The position numbers and the translations under genes were made by a program. DNA of 64,000 nt, taken from positions 752 through 64,751 of the forward strand of contig JBFMHB010000004.1 in the NCBI GenBank assembly GCA_040752915.1, read 5' to 3'. Under the pieces are notes generated by a model. It did not search any database. It was not told the DNA's origin and saw only the letters and a program-made list of their open reading frames with translations. Positions within the stretch are counted from its first letter, which is position 1, and each line of letters starts with the position of its first letter. Positions 28,147-36,526 of the stretch are shown here, in pieces. Source of the DNA: Acidobacteriota bacterium. Its GTDB lineage: Bacteria > Acidobacteriota > UBA4820 > DSQY01.

Positions 28147-28525
28147 GAAACCCTGGATCCTGATAGGGCTCCTCGTCTTCCTCTTCCTGGTCACGTTCCC
28201 CGTTTGGTGGAACCTGGCCGCGGGCGAGAAGGCCGCGGCGCCCAAGCCCGAACTGCCGACGGACGAGAAGGAGTGCGTGGCTCCGGCGGACTACATGCGC
28301 GTGGCCCACATGGACCTCCTCATGACCTGGAGGGACCAGTACGTCAGGCAGGGGGACCGGACCTTCACCGGGCCGGGTCAGAGGACCTTCACGCGCAGCC
28401 TCACGAAGACGTGCATGAAGTGCCACACGAGCAAGGAGAAGTTTTGCGACGCCTGCCACAACTATGCGGCGGTCAAGCCGTACTGCTGGGACTGCCACGT
28501 GGCGCCGAAGGAGAGCCGGGGATGA
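28139..28525 (+). CDS. dsrJ: DsrJ (periplasmic triheme cytochrome c)
   Basis: 128 aa with a signal anchor and three CxxCH motifs: CMKCH, CDACH, CWDCH. Confidence 0.9.
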   Translation: MREKPWILIGLLVFLFLVTFPVWWNLAAGEKAAAPKPELPTDEKECVAPADYMRVAHMDLLMTWRDQYVRQGDRTFTGPGQRTFTRSLTKTCMKCHTSKEKFCDACHNYAAVKPYCWDCHVAPKESRG

Positions 28526-29301
28526 GCACCGACAGGCGTACCTTTTTGGGAGTGGCGGGCCTGGGCGCCCTGGCCATCGCGGGAAAAGCTTCCGTGGATG
28601 CTCTGGCGAGCGGTCCGGAGGCAGGAAAGCCCAAGGCCGGGACGCGTTGGGCCATGGTCATCGATCCCCTCAAATGTCTCAAGGAGGAAGGGTGCAAGGC
28701 GTGCGCGGACGCTTGCCACAAGGTCCACAACGTTCCCCTCATGGCCAACAAGAAGCACGAGGTGAAGTGGATCTGGAAGGAGCCCTATGAGAGGGCTTTC
28801 GCCGCCGAGTCCGAGTACACCCAGGAAGCCCTCAAGGAGAAGCCGGTCCTCGTCTTTTGCAACCACTGCGCCAATCCTCCCTGCGTCCGGGTATGCCCCA
28901 CACAGGCCACGTGGAAGCGCGAGGACGGGGTGGTCATGATGGACTGGCACCGCTGCATCGGATGCCGGTACTGCGTAGCGGCCTGTCCCTACGGCTCCAG
29001 GTCTTTCAACTGGGTGGACCCGAGGCCGAGCCTCGCGGAAATCTCGCCCGAGTACCCGACCCGCACGAAGGGCGTGGTCGAGAAGTGCACCCTCTGCGAG
29101 GAGCGCCTGGCCGAGGGCAAGCTCCCGGCCTGCGTGGAAGCCTGCGAGGAGAAGGCCATTCTCTTCGGGGACCTCCACGACGAGGCCTCTCCGGTGCGCG
29201 CGCGGCTGAGAGAGTCCTTCACCATCCGGCGAAAGCCCGAGCTGGGCACCGAGCCCGAGATCTACTACGTCGTGGGAGGGAAGCCCGATGTTCATGTTTG
29301 A
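28522..29301 (+). CDS. dsrO: DsrO (Tat-exported FeS ferredoxin-like subunit)
   Basis: Frame of ORF 28204..29301. ATG 28522 overlaps the dsrJ stop (ATGA). Twin-arginine signal MSTDRRTFLGVAG. Several FeS motifs (CNHCANPPCVRVCP, CIGCRYCVAACP). Confidence 0.9.
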   Translation: MSTDRRTFLGVAGLGALAIAGKASVDALASGPEAGKPKAGTRWAMVIDPLKCLKEEGCKACADACHKVHNVPLMANKKHEVKWIWKEPYERAFAAESEYTQEALKEKPVLVFCNHCANPPCVRVCPTQATWKREDGVVMMDWHRCIGCRYCVAACPYGSRSFNWVDPRPSLAEISPEYPTRTKGVVEKCTLCEERLAEGKLPACVEACEEKAILFGDLHDEASPVRARLRESFTIRRKPELGTEPEIYYVVGGKPDVHV

Positions 29302-30463
29302 GAAGGCCGTGGTCGGGAGCCGGCGCTACTGGGCCTGGGTCTTCGCCCTCCTGTGCGTCATCGGCGCGGGCTTCGTCAGTTACCTCTACCAGCTGAACGT
29401 GGGCCTGGGCGTCACGGGCCTCTCCCGCGACATCACGTGGGGCTTCTACATCGCCCAGTTCACTTTCTTCGTCGGCGTGGCCGCCTCGGCCGTGATGGTG
29501 GTCCTGCCCTATTACCTTCACGACTACAAGGCCTTCGGGAAACTCACCATCCTCGGCGAGTTCCTGGCCATCTCCGCCGTCACCATGTGCATGCTGTTCA
29601 TCTTCGTGGACATGGGGCAGCCCACCCGGGTGCTGAACGTGCTCCTCCACCCCACGCCGAACTCCATGATGTTCTGGGACATGGTCTCCCTCTCGGGCTA
29701 CCTGTTCCTCAACGCCCTCATCAGCCTCGTGGCCCTCTCGGCGGAGCGGAAGGCGGTGGCCCCGCCCAAGTGGATCAAGCCCTTCATCCTCCTCTCCATC
29801 CCCTGGGCCGTGTCCATCCACACCGTCACGGCCTTCCTCTACAACGGCCTGCCCGGCCGGTCCTTCTGGCTGACCGCCATCCTGGCGCCGCGCTTCCTCG
29901 CTTCGGCCTTCGCCGCCGGCCCGGCCCTCCTGATCCTCCTGTGCATGATCGTGCGGAAGGTCTCCTCCTTCGACCCGGGCGACGAGGCCATCCGCAAGCT
30001 GTCGATCATCGTGACCTACGCCATGCTCGTCAACGTCTTCTTCGTGCTCATGGAGGTTTTCACCGTCTTCTACAGCGGCATTCCGGAGCACGTGCACCAC
30101 TTCCAGTTCCTTTTCGCGGGCCTCCACGGCGAGGCCTACCTCGTTCCCTGGATGTGGACGTCCATGGCCCTGGCGGCCGTCTCCATCGTCCTTCTGGTGG
30201 TTCCGACCTTCCGGAACAACCTGAAGATCCTGCCCGTGACCTGCGTCATGGTCTTCGTCTCCCTCTGGATCGACAAGGGTCTGGGGCTGATCATCGGCGG
30301 GTTCACGCCCACCCCCCTGGGAGAGGTCACGCGCTACACGCCGACCCTCCCGGAGCTGCTCATCGTGGCCGCCATCTGGGCCATCGGCTTCCTCATGATC
30401 ACGGTCTTCTACAAGATCGCCCTCGCCATCCGCGAGGCGATGGGATACGAGATCGCGCACTGA
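29288..30463 (+). CDS. dsrP: DsrP (NrfD-like integral membrane quinone-interacting subunit)
   Basis: 391 aa with ~10 TM helices. Overlaps dsrO by 14 nt. Confidence 0.85.
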   Translation: MFMFEKAVVGSRRYWAWVFALLCVIGAGFVSYLYQLNVGLGVTGLSRDITWGFYIAQFTFFVGVAASAVMVVLPYYLHDYKAFGKLTILGEFLAISAVTMCMLFIFVDMGQPTRVLNVLLHPTPNSMMFWDMVSLSGYLFLNALISLVALSAERKAVAPPKWIKPFILLSIPWAVSIHTVTAFLYNGLPGRSFWLTAILAPRFLASAFAAGPALLILLCMIVRKVSSFDPGDEAIRKLSIIVTYAMLVNVFFVLMEVFTVFYSGIPEHVHHFQFLFAGLHGEAYLVPWMWTSMALAAVSIVLLVVPTFRNNLKILPVTCVMVFVSLWIDKGLGLIIGGFTPTPLGEVTRYTPTLPELLIVAAIWAIGFLMITVFYKIALAIREAMGYEIAH

Positions 30464-30488
30464 CCCCGGAAGGGGAGAAGGGCATCGA

Positions 30489-30513
30489 GGGCCGGCCCCC
30501 GCGGGGCCGGCCC
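30489..30513 (+). terminator. Terminator-like GC hairpin after dsrP
   Basis: GGGCCGGCCCC-cgc-GGGGCCGGCCC, followed by TGCCGTTTCC. Confidence 0.5.
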
Positions 30514-30561
30514 TGCCGTTTCCGGGCGGCCCTCGTGCCGGGTTCCTGGTACACTCGATCC

Positions 30562-32298
30562 ATGCGATACCTCGCCACGGTGGCCAAGGGCCTCGAAGCG
30601 GTCGTATGGGGCGAGCTCTCCGCCTTGGGCCTCGAACCGGGCCCCCCGCGCCCCGGGCTCGTCCCCTTCGAAGGGGGTTGGGAAGCCGGCTATCGCGCGT
30701 GCCTGCGCCTGAGGGCGGCCCGCCGGGTCCTGCTGGAGCTGGGCCGCTTCGAGGCCTCCCACGCCGATGGCTTGTACGCGGGCGCCCGGGCGCTGCGGTG
30801 GCCGGATCACTTCGGTCGGAAGACCACCTTCGCCGTGGAAGCCTCGGTGCGGGACCACCCGTCCCTGACCCACTCGGGTTACGCGGCCCTGAAGGTCAAG
30901 GACGCGGTGGCGGACGCCCTGAGGGCCGTCTTCGGGGTCCGTCCGGACGTGGACCGGGAAGACCCGGACGTCCGCGTCGTCCTCCATCTGCACGGGACCT
31001 CCGCCACGATCGCCCTGGACCTCGCGGGCCCCCTTCACAAGAGGGGGTACCGGGTGAAGACGGTGCCCGCCCCACTCAACGAAACCCTGGCCGCTGGGAT
31101 CCTCCTCCTGGCGGGGTACGACGGGACCGCCGCCTTCGCGGACCCCTTCTGCGGATCGGGCACGCTCTGCATCGAGGCGGCCCTCATCGCCTCGGGGACC
31201 GCGCCGGGCCTCGTTCGCAAGGTCCGCTTCGGCTTCCAGCGGTGGCCGGGTTTTCGAGACCGGACCTTCCAGCGCCTGGTGGAAGAGGCCCGGGCCGCCG
31301 CCCGCCGGCCCTCCAGCCCCATCCTCGGATCCGACGCCGACGGGCGGGCCCTGATCGCGGCGCGGGACAACGCGGCGGCGGCGGGAATGTCCGAGTGGAT
31401 CCGCTTCGAGCGCCGGGACGCCCGGGAGTTCGTTTCTCCGGGGCCCGGCTGTCTCGTGGTCTCCAACCCGCCGTACGGGGATCATGCCGGGGCCGGGGAG
31501 GACCTCCCCGCGCTCTACCGCGCCTTCGGGGACGCGCTCAAGAGGAATGCGGGCGGCGCGACCGCCTACCTGCTCTGCGGGAACCCCGCCCTGGCCAAGT
31601 GCGTGGGGCTTCGCGCCGCCCGGCGCATCCCCCTCTGGAACGGCCCCATGGAGTGCCGCCTGCTGGAATACCGGATGGTGGAGGGGGCCTTCCGGACCCC
31701 CGGGAAAGGCGAGAGCGCCGCGGGGACCGGGGAGAGCCTGGGCGAGACTCCCGGGCCGGGCCGCCGCGGGGTGGAGGGGGCGGTCTCCGGGGACGGGGGG
31801 GAGGCCCCCGGCCCGTGTCCCCGGGTGGATCTGCGCCCCCCCCAGCCGGGCGATCTTCCCATCCTCTTCGAGCACCAGCGGGACCCCGAGGCCGCCCATA
31901 TGGCCGCCTTCCCGCCTCGGGACTGGGAGGCCTTTCAGGCGCACTGGGCGAAGATTCTGGCGGACCCGGAGGTGCAGGTGCGGACCGTCCTGGCGGACGG
32001 CAAAGTGGCGGGCGACCTCCTCTGTTGGGGGCCGGCCGAAGAGAAGGAAGTGGGCTATTGGATAGGAAGGGAGTTCTGGGGACGGGGGGTCGCCACGAGG
32101 GCCCTGGCGGCCTTTCTGGGCGTCTTGGAGTTTCCGGTCCTCTTCGCCCACGTCGCCAAGCACAACGTCGCCTCGCGGAGGGTCCTGGAGAAGTGCGGGT
32201 TCAAGGTCTGCGGAGAGATGCGTCGAGCCTGCGGGGAACCTCCCCTGGAAGCGGACGAGTTCGTTCTGAGATGGGAAAGGGCCGAGGAGACGCCATGA
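30562..32298 (+). CDS. THUMP-domain SAM-dependent RNA methyltransferase fused to a C-terminal GNAT acetyltransferase
   Basis: Frame of ORF 29353..32298, started at ATG 30562. SAM motif DPFCGSGTL, catalytic NPPYG, a G/P-rich linker, then GNAT (GYWIGREFWGRGVATRAL ... NVASRRVLEKCGF). Confidence 0.75.
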   Translation: MRYLATVAKGLEAVVWGELSALGLEPGPPRPGLVPFEGGWEAGYRACLRLRAARRVLLELGRFEASHADGLYAGARALRWPDHFGRKTTFAVEASVRDHPSLTHSGYAALKVKDAVADALRAVFGVRPDVDREDPDVRVVLHLHGTSATIALDLAGPLHKRGYRVKTVPAPLNETLAAGILLLAGYDGTAAFADPFCGSGTLCIEAALIASGTAPGLVRKVRFGFQRWPGFRDRTFQRLVEEARAAARRPSSPILGSDADGRALIAARDNAAAAGMSEWIRFERRDAREFVSPGPGCLVVSNPPYGDHAGAGEDLPALYRAFGDALKRNAGGATAYLLCGNPALAKCVGLRAARRIPLWNGPMECRLLEYRMVEGAFRTPGKGESAAGTGESLGETPGPGRRGVEGAVSGDGGEAPGPCPRVDLRPPQPGDLPILFEHQRDPEAAHMAAFPPRDWEAFQAHWAKILADPEVQVRTVLADGKVAGDLLCWGPAEEKEVGYWIGREFWGRGVATRALAAFLGVLEFPVLFAHVAKHNVASRRVLEKCGFKVCGEMRRACGEPPLEADEFVLRWERAEETP

Positions 32299-32906
32299 GT
32301 CGTCGGATCCGCCCCGGGGCGGCGGGCCTCCTGGCCGCCCTCTTGGCCCTCCATGCCGGGGGCCAGGAAGAGGGAGGGGCGGCGCGCGAGAAGATCGCCG
32401 CCGTCCTCGCGGCGGCGCGCTCCCAGATCGGGGTCACCACGGTATACGACGGCTCCTACCGGCGGCTCCCTTACCCCGGGGGGGACCTTCCCGCCGAGCG
32501 GGGGGTCTGCACCGACGTCCTCGTCCGGGCCTTCCGGGCGGCGGGGGTGGACCTCCAGAGGCTCGTACACGAGGACATGACCCGGGCCTTTTCGGACTAC
32601 CCGAATCTGTGGGGACTGGCGGGGCCCGATCCGAACATCGACCACCGCCGGGTGCCCAACCTTTTAACCTATTTCCGCCGCCAGGGCGCCTCGGTGCCCG
32701 TCACCGACCGCCCCTCCGACTACCTGGCGGGAGACGTGGTGACCTGGAGGCTTCCCTCGGGCCTCCCGCACATCGGGCTCGTCTCCAGCGCCCGGGCGCC
32801 CGGGACCGACCGGCCCCTCGTCCTCCACAACATCGGGCGGGGCACCCGGGAGGAGGATGTCCTCTTCGCCTACGTCCTGACCGGGCACTTCCGGTACTTT
32901 CGATGA
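32295..32906 (+). CDS. DUF1287-family secreted protein
   Basis: ATG 32295 overlaps the upstream stop (ATGA). It has a signal peptide and the motifs GVCTDVLVRAFRAAGVDLQ and PNIDHRRVPNL. Confidence 0.7.
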   Translation: MSRRIRPGAAGLLAALLALHAGGQEEGGAAREKIAAVLAAARSQIGVTTVYDGSYRRLPYPGGDLPAERGVCTDVLVRAFRAAGVDLQRLVHEDMTRAFSDYPNLWGLAGPDPNIDHRRVPNLLTYFRRQGASVPVTDRPSDYLAGDVVTWRLPSGLPHIGLVSSARAPGTDRPLVLHNIGRGTREEDVLFAYVLTGHFRYFR

Positions 32907-32965
32907 CTTCACGCGCGCCGAGGAGGTTCTCCCGCCCCGGGGGAGCCGCGGCCAGGAGCCTTGCG

Positions 32966-33334
32966 ATGCCCCACCTGACTTTGGAGATCACGGATAACGT
33001 GCCGGGTCCTCTGGACCTCCCGGCCACCCTGAACCGGCTGAACCGAGCCATCGTGGCCACGGGGCTCTTCGAGGATCGAGACGTGAAGGGCCGGGCGGTG
33101 GTCCACTCCGCGTACGCCGTGGGCGTGGACGCGCCGGACAGGGGCTTCGTGGCCCTCACCCTCGAGATCCTGGCGGGGAGGGATCGGGAGGTCCGCTCCC
33201 GCCTGGCGGATGACCTGATGGCCGTTCTCGAACGGGATCTCGCCCGCGCCGCGGAAGGGGGCAGGGTGGGCTTCTCGGTGCAGGTGAGGGAGATGGACCG
33301 GGAGAGCTACCGGCGGCGCCGTCCCGCTTCGTGA
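32966..33334 (+). CDS. 5-carboxymethyl-2-hydroxymuconate isomerase (CHMI)-like tautomerase-fold protein
   Basis: 122 aa starting MPHLTLEITDN, the typical CHMI family N-terminus. Confidence 0.6.
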   Translation: MPHLTLEITDNVPGPLDLPATLNRLNRAIVATGLFEDRDVKGRAVVHSAYAVGVDAPDRGFVALTLEILAGRDREVRSRLADDLMAVLERDLARAAEGGRVGFSVQVREMDRESYRRRRPAS

Positions 33335-33387
33335 AACGCCTCCTCGCGGCCCTGGGGGCGACCGCCGTGCCCCCCGGCGCCCCTTCG

Positions 33388-33395
33388 TGTATACT
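33388..33395 (+). promoter_or_regulatory. Extended -10-like element TGTATACT upstream of the cupin gene
   Basis: TGTATACT lies ~25 nt before ATG 33421, and AAGGAG lies 6 nt upstream of that ATG. Confidence 0.3.
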
Positions 33396-33420
33396 GATCC
33401 TTCGCGGAAAGAAGGAGCCC

Positions 33421-34026
33421 ATGACGACCTTTCGGATCCGAAAGCTGCACGAGCTCGTGGGGGGGCTGAAGGAGACGACGGCCGTGAAGGAACTCGTGCG
33501 GGAATTGGAGGCGAAGGTCCGCTCCTCCAAGGTGCCCTTCGAAGGCGCCGCGCTCCCCGGGTATCTCGTGGAGGGCCGCCTGCCGCCCGGAATCGCCAGC
33601 GCCTGGATCTTCGTTCTGCGCCCCGACACGCCCACTCCCCCCCACTACCACCCGAATTCCATCCAGCACATGGCCGTCATTCAGGGAGGAGGAACCGGCC
33701 AGATCGGGCCCTACCGCTTCACCCTCCAGCCCTACGACCCGGCGTTTCCGGAGCGCTCCCTCCTGATCATTCCCGAGCGGGTGCCCCACTCCTTCGAGGC
33801 CGGCCACGAGACCCTCGCCGTGATGTCCTTTCACACGGTCGCGGCGGAAGACCTCGTGGAGGTGGAGGTGGAGACGGGAGAGGCCCGCACCTACCTCGAC
33901 CGGGACGCCCGGCCCGCCAAGGCGAAGCCCGCGGCCCGCCCGCCCAGACCGGCCCCCCCGCGGCCCCGGCGGCCGCCCGCCGGACGCGGGCGTCCCGCCA
34001 AGGGACCGCGGAAGCCTCGTTCCTGA
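33421..34026 (+). CDS. Cupin-domain protein with basic Pro/Arg/Lys-rich AT-hook-like C-terminal tail
   Basis: Frame of ORF 33331..34026, with ATG 33421 after AAGGAG. Cupin His motif (PHYHPNSIQHMAV ... PHSFEAG). Tail is AKPAARPPRPAPPRPRRPPAGRGRPAKGPRKPRS. Confidence 0.65.
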   Translation: MTTFRIRKLHELVGGLKETTAVKELVRELEAKVRSSKVPFEGAALPGYLVEGRLPPGIASAWIFVLRPDTPTPPHYHPNSIQHMAVIQGGGTGQIGPYRFTLQPYDPAFPERSLLIIPERVPHSFEAGHETLAVMSFHTVAAEDLVEVEVETGEARTYLDRDARPAKAKPAARPPRPAPPRPRRPPAGRGRPAKGPRKPRS

Positions 34027-34067
34027 CGCGTCTTGAAAGGTATGGTTTGCAAAGCGGGAGGTGGCTC

Positions 34068-34607
34068 ATGAAGGGATGGGTGAGCGCGTGCGCGTTCCTC
34101 GCCGCCGCATGGCTCGTGGGGTGCGCCGCGGTGACGTCCAGCCGGCCTGTGGGCGAAGGGCCGGCCCTGCTTTCCGCAGACGAGTGGGACGGAACGTGGA
34201 TCGGGGGCGAAGTCTCCGTGACCCTCGTCGTCGAGGATCCTCAGAAGGGTCTCCTCCGGGTCTTCTGGGCGGAATCCAAGCGCGAGGGCCCCGTCCTGGA
34301 GTCCTACCGGGTGGAGGTGCGCCGGACCGGCGACTGGACCTTCGGCAACGTCGCGGATGCCGAATCGGGGGGGTGGTTCTGGGCCCTCGTGGCCAAGCGC
34401 GAGGGACGGATCGTCGTCCTCCTGCCCGACGCCGACCGGATGGGCTCTCTGGTCGAAAGAGGGGCCCTACCCGGTGTCCAAGCGGAGGGGAGCGTCCGCC
34501 TGGGTCCTCTGACGGAGGACCACGTCCGGCGCCTGATGGACGATCCCTCCGGCGTGTGCGCCTTCGACTGGAAAGATCCCCTGGTCCTGATCCGCGTCGG
34601 GAGGTGA
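34068..34607 (+). CDS. Lipoprotein, unknown function
   Basis: ATG 34068. Signal peptide with lipobox AAWLVGC. Confidence 0.55.
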   Translation: MKGWVSACAFLAAAWLVGCAAVTSSRPVGEGPALLSADEWDGTWIGGEVSVTLVVEDPQKGLLRVFWAESKREGPVLESYRVEVRRTGDWTFGNVADAESGGWFWALVAKREGRIVVLLPDADRMGSLVERGALPGVQAEGSVRLGPLTEDHVRRLMDDPSGVCAFDWKDPLVLIRVGR

Positions 34608-34688
34608 AAACCGGCGCGGGCCGCGGGGCCGGCCATTCCCGTTCGCACTCGACCTTTCGTACAATGGCTCCGGGAGGTTTCGGGCCCC

Positions 34689-35225
34689 ATGCCTGTGTAC
34701 GAGTTCTACTGCTCCGACTGCCACACGGTGTACCAGTTCCTGTCCAAGCGCATCCGCACCGACGCCCGCCCGGTCTGCCCCCGCTGCGGCCGAGCGGATC
34801 TGAGCCGGCAGGTCTCCCCCTTCGCCGCCCCGCGCGGAGCGAGGGACGCCTCGGGGGACGCTCCCCTCGGGGACGTGGACGAATCCCGCCTGGAGCGGGC
34901 CATGGCTTCCCTGGAATCGGAAATGGGGGGGCTGGACGAAAACGATCCGAGGCAGATGGCCCGGTTCCTGCGAAAGTTCTCCGAGGCCGCGGGGATGAAG
35001 GTGCCCGGAATGGACGAAGCCATCCGCCGCATGGAGGCCGGTGAGGACCCGGAGAAGATCGAGGAGGAACTGGGCCCGCTCTTCGGGGACGAGGAAGGCG
35101 GCGAAGAAGGAGAAGACGCTCCCGCCTTCGGGGCGGCGGAAGCCCCTCGTTCCGCCTCCGGAAGGCGCCGCCTCCGCCGCCTTCTGGCCCCCCATCGGGA
35201 CGACAAGCTCTATCCCCTCGAGTGA
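34689..35225 (+). CDS. FmdB-family zinc-ribbon protein with acidic C-terminal extension
   Basis: MPVYEFYCSDCHTVYQ ... CPRCG, the canonical FmdB N-terminus. Confidence 0.75.
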   Translation: MPVYEFYCSDCHTVYQFLSKRIRTDARPVCPRCGRADLSRQVSPFAAPRGARDASGDAPLGDVDESRLERAMASLESEMGGLDENDPRQMARFLRKFSEAAGMKVPGMDEAIRRMEAGEDPEKIEEELGPLFGDEEGGEEGEDAPAFGAAEAPRSASGRRRLRRLLAPHRDDKLYPLE

Positions 35226-35253
35226 GGCCTGGGCAGGCGGTTTTCCCTGAATC

Positions 35254-36309
35254 TCAGGTCCCGAAGACCCTCAGGGGAGAGGATCTTTCCTCGTAGAGCG
35301 CCGCCAGAGCCTCCGGGCGGGAGATCTTCAGCCGGAGTTCGGCGGCGAGGGCGGCCACCTTGGCCCTCGAGATCTTGAGCTTGTCCGGCGCCGTCAGCCG
35401 GGAGGGCTTTTCCGCCACCAGGGCCAGGGTCTCCAGGGCGAAGAAGAGGCTGGTGGCGAGGAAAAAGCGGATCTCCTTCTCCTCCAAGGGAAAGATGGAC
35501 AGGTAGGTCCACGCGCGAGCCAGGTGTGCCGCCGCCGTCCGCAGGACGGGAAGGACCCCTCTGTAGACGGCCTCGTGGCGGTCCGGTCTGGAAAAATCCG
35601 CTTCGGTGACCCCCGCCGCGGCGAGGGCGTCCTGCGGGATGAAGCACCAGCCCCGTTCGTAGTCCTCCGCCAGGTCCTTCACGATGTTGACCTTCTGGAG
35701 CCCAAGCCCGAACTCCTCCGCATCCGCCTGAAGGCGAAAGAAGAGGGCCCGATCCACATGGGGCGAGTGGATGTAGTACAGGTCCGTGAGGAGGTACCCC
35801 ACGGTCCCGGCGATGTAATAACAGTAACGGTCCAGGGCCGCCATGGAGGGCAGGCGTTTTAGGGCGCCGGGGCCCTCGCCCATGCGCTCGCTCCAGGCCA
35901 CCATGCCCTTTCCCATTTCAGTCACCCACCGCGCCATGGCCAGACGGTCCTCCTCGCCGCAGGAGCCGAAGGCCTCGAGAACGGCGGGTGCGCTCCCCAG
36001 AAGCTCCCGGTCGGACGAGGAGGCCAGCCCTTCCAGGCGGCGGGCGGCGGCATCGCCCCATCCGGCCGGGCAGGGCCGGATGTCCTTGAGATGGAAGACA
36101 ACCGGCTCCATGAGGCTCCACCGTTCGGCGGCGGTCAGCCCGGGGGCGTCCTCCACCGTGTCGAGGATCCGGCAGAGCAGGTAGGAAACGCAGACGGAGC
36201 CCTTGAGGGGCTCCTTCAACTGGGCGATGGACAGGGCGAAGGTCCGCGAGACTTTCGGCAGGATCCCGTAGCAGGCCTCCCAGGCCCAAACCGGTCTTCT
36301 CGCGCCCAT
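35254..36309 (-). CDS. Squalene synthase / squalene-phytoene synthase family
   Basis: 351 aa with SRTFALSI, YLLCRILDTVED (Asp-rich motif 1) and DLAED (motif 2). Confidence 0.8.
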   Translation of the reverse strand: MGARRPVWAWEACYGILPKVSRTFALSIAQLKEPLKGSVCVSYLLCRILDTVEDAPGLTAAERWSLMEPVVFHLKDIRPCPAGWGDAAARRLEGLASSSDRELLGSAPAVLEAFGSCGEEDRLAMARWVTEMGKGMVAWSERMGEGPGALKRLPSMAALDRYCYYIAGTVGYLLTDLYYIHSPHVDRALFFRLQADAEEFGLGLQKVNIVKDLAEDYERGWCFIPQDALAAAGVTEADFSRPDRHEAVYRGVLPVLRTAAAHLARAWTYLSIFPLEEKEIRFFLATSLFFALETLALVAEKPSRLTAPDKLKISRAKVAALAAELRLKISRPEALAALYEERSSPLRVFGT

Positions 36310-36526
36310 TCGGTCCCTCTCTCCCCTCCAGTCTGCACCCGGGGCCCGTGGGCGGGCAAGGGCGGCCGGCCTTCACCCGCGCGCCTCCGGAGGGCCGGGC
36401 CGCACGGGGCGCGCGAGCCGTGGAGAACACAAGGGTGGGCGCATCCCGAGGGCTATTGCCACTTGCCGCCTGCCCCGCTAGAGTGGGATCAGGCTCTCAA
36501 GGAGACGTACTCATAAGGGGTGGATC

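Noticed and set aside
29353-30561. Leading part of the 981 aa ORF 29353..32298, and the similar leading parts of ORFs 30606..32906, 13589..14647, 13915..15957, 28204..29301, 32609..33334, 33331..34026 and 33387..34607
   Set aside because: These are out-of-frame read-throughs over upstream real genes, which is normal in high-GC DNA. The recognisable domains begin at internal ATGs with SD sequences or ATGA overlaps, and I used those starts.
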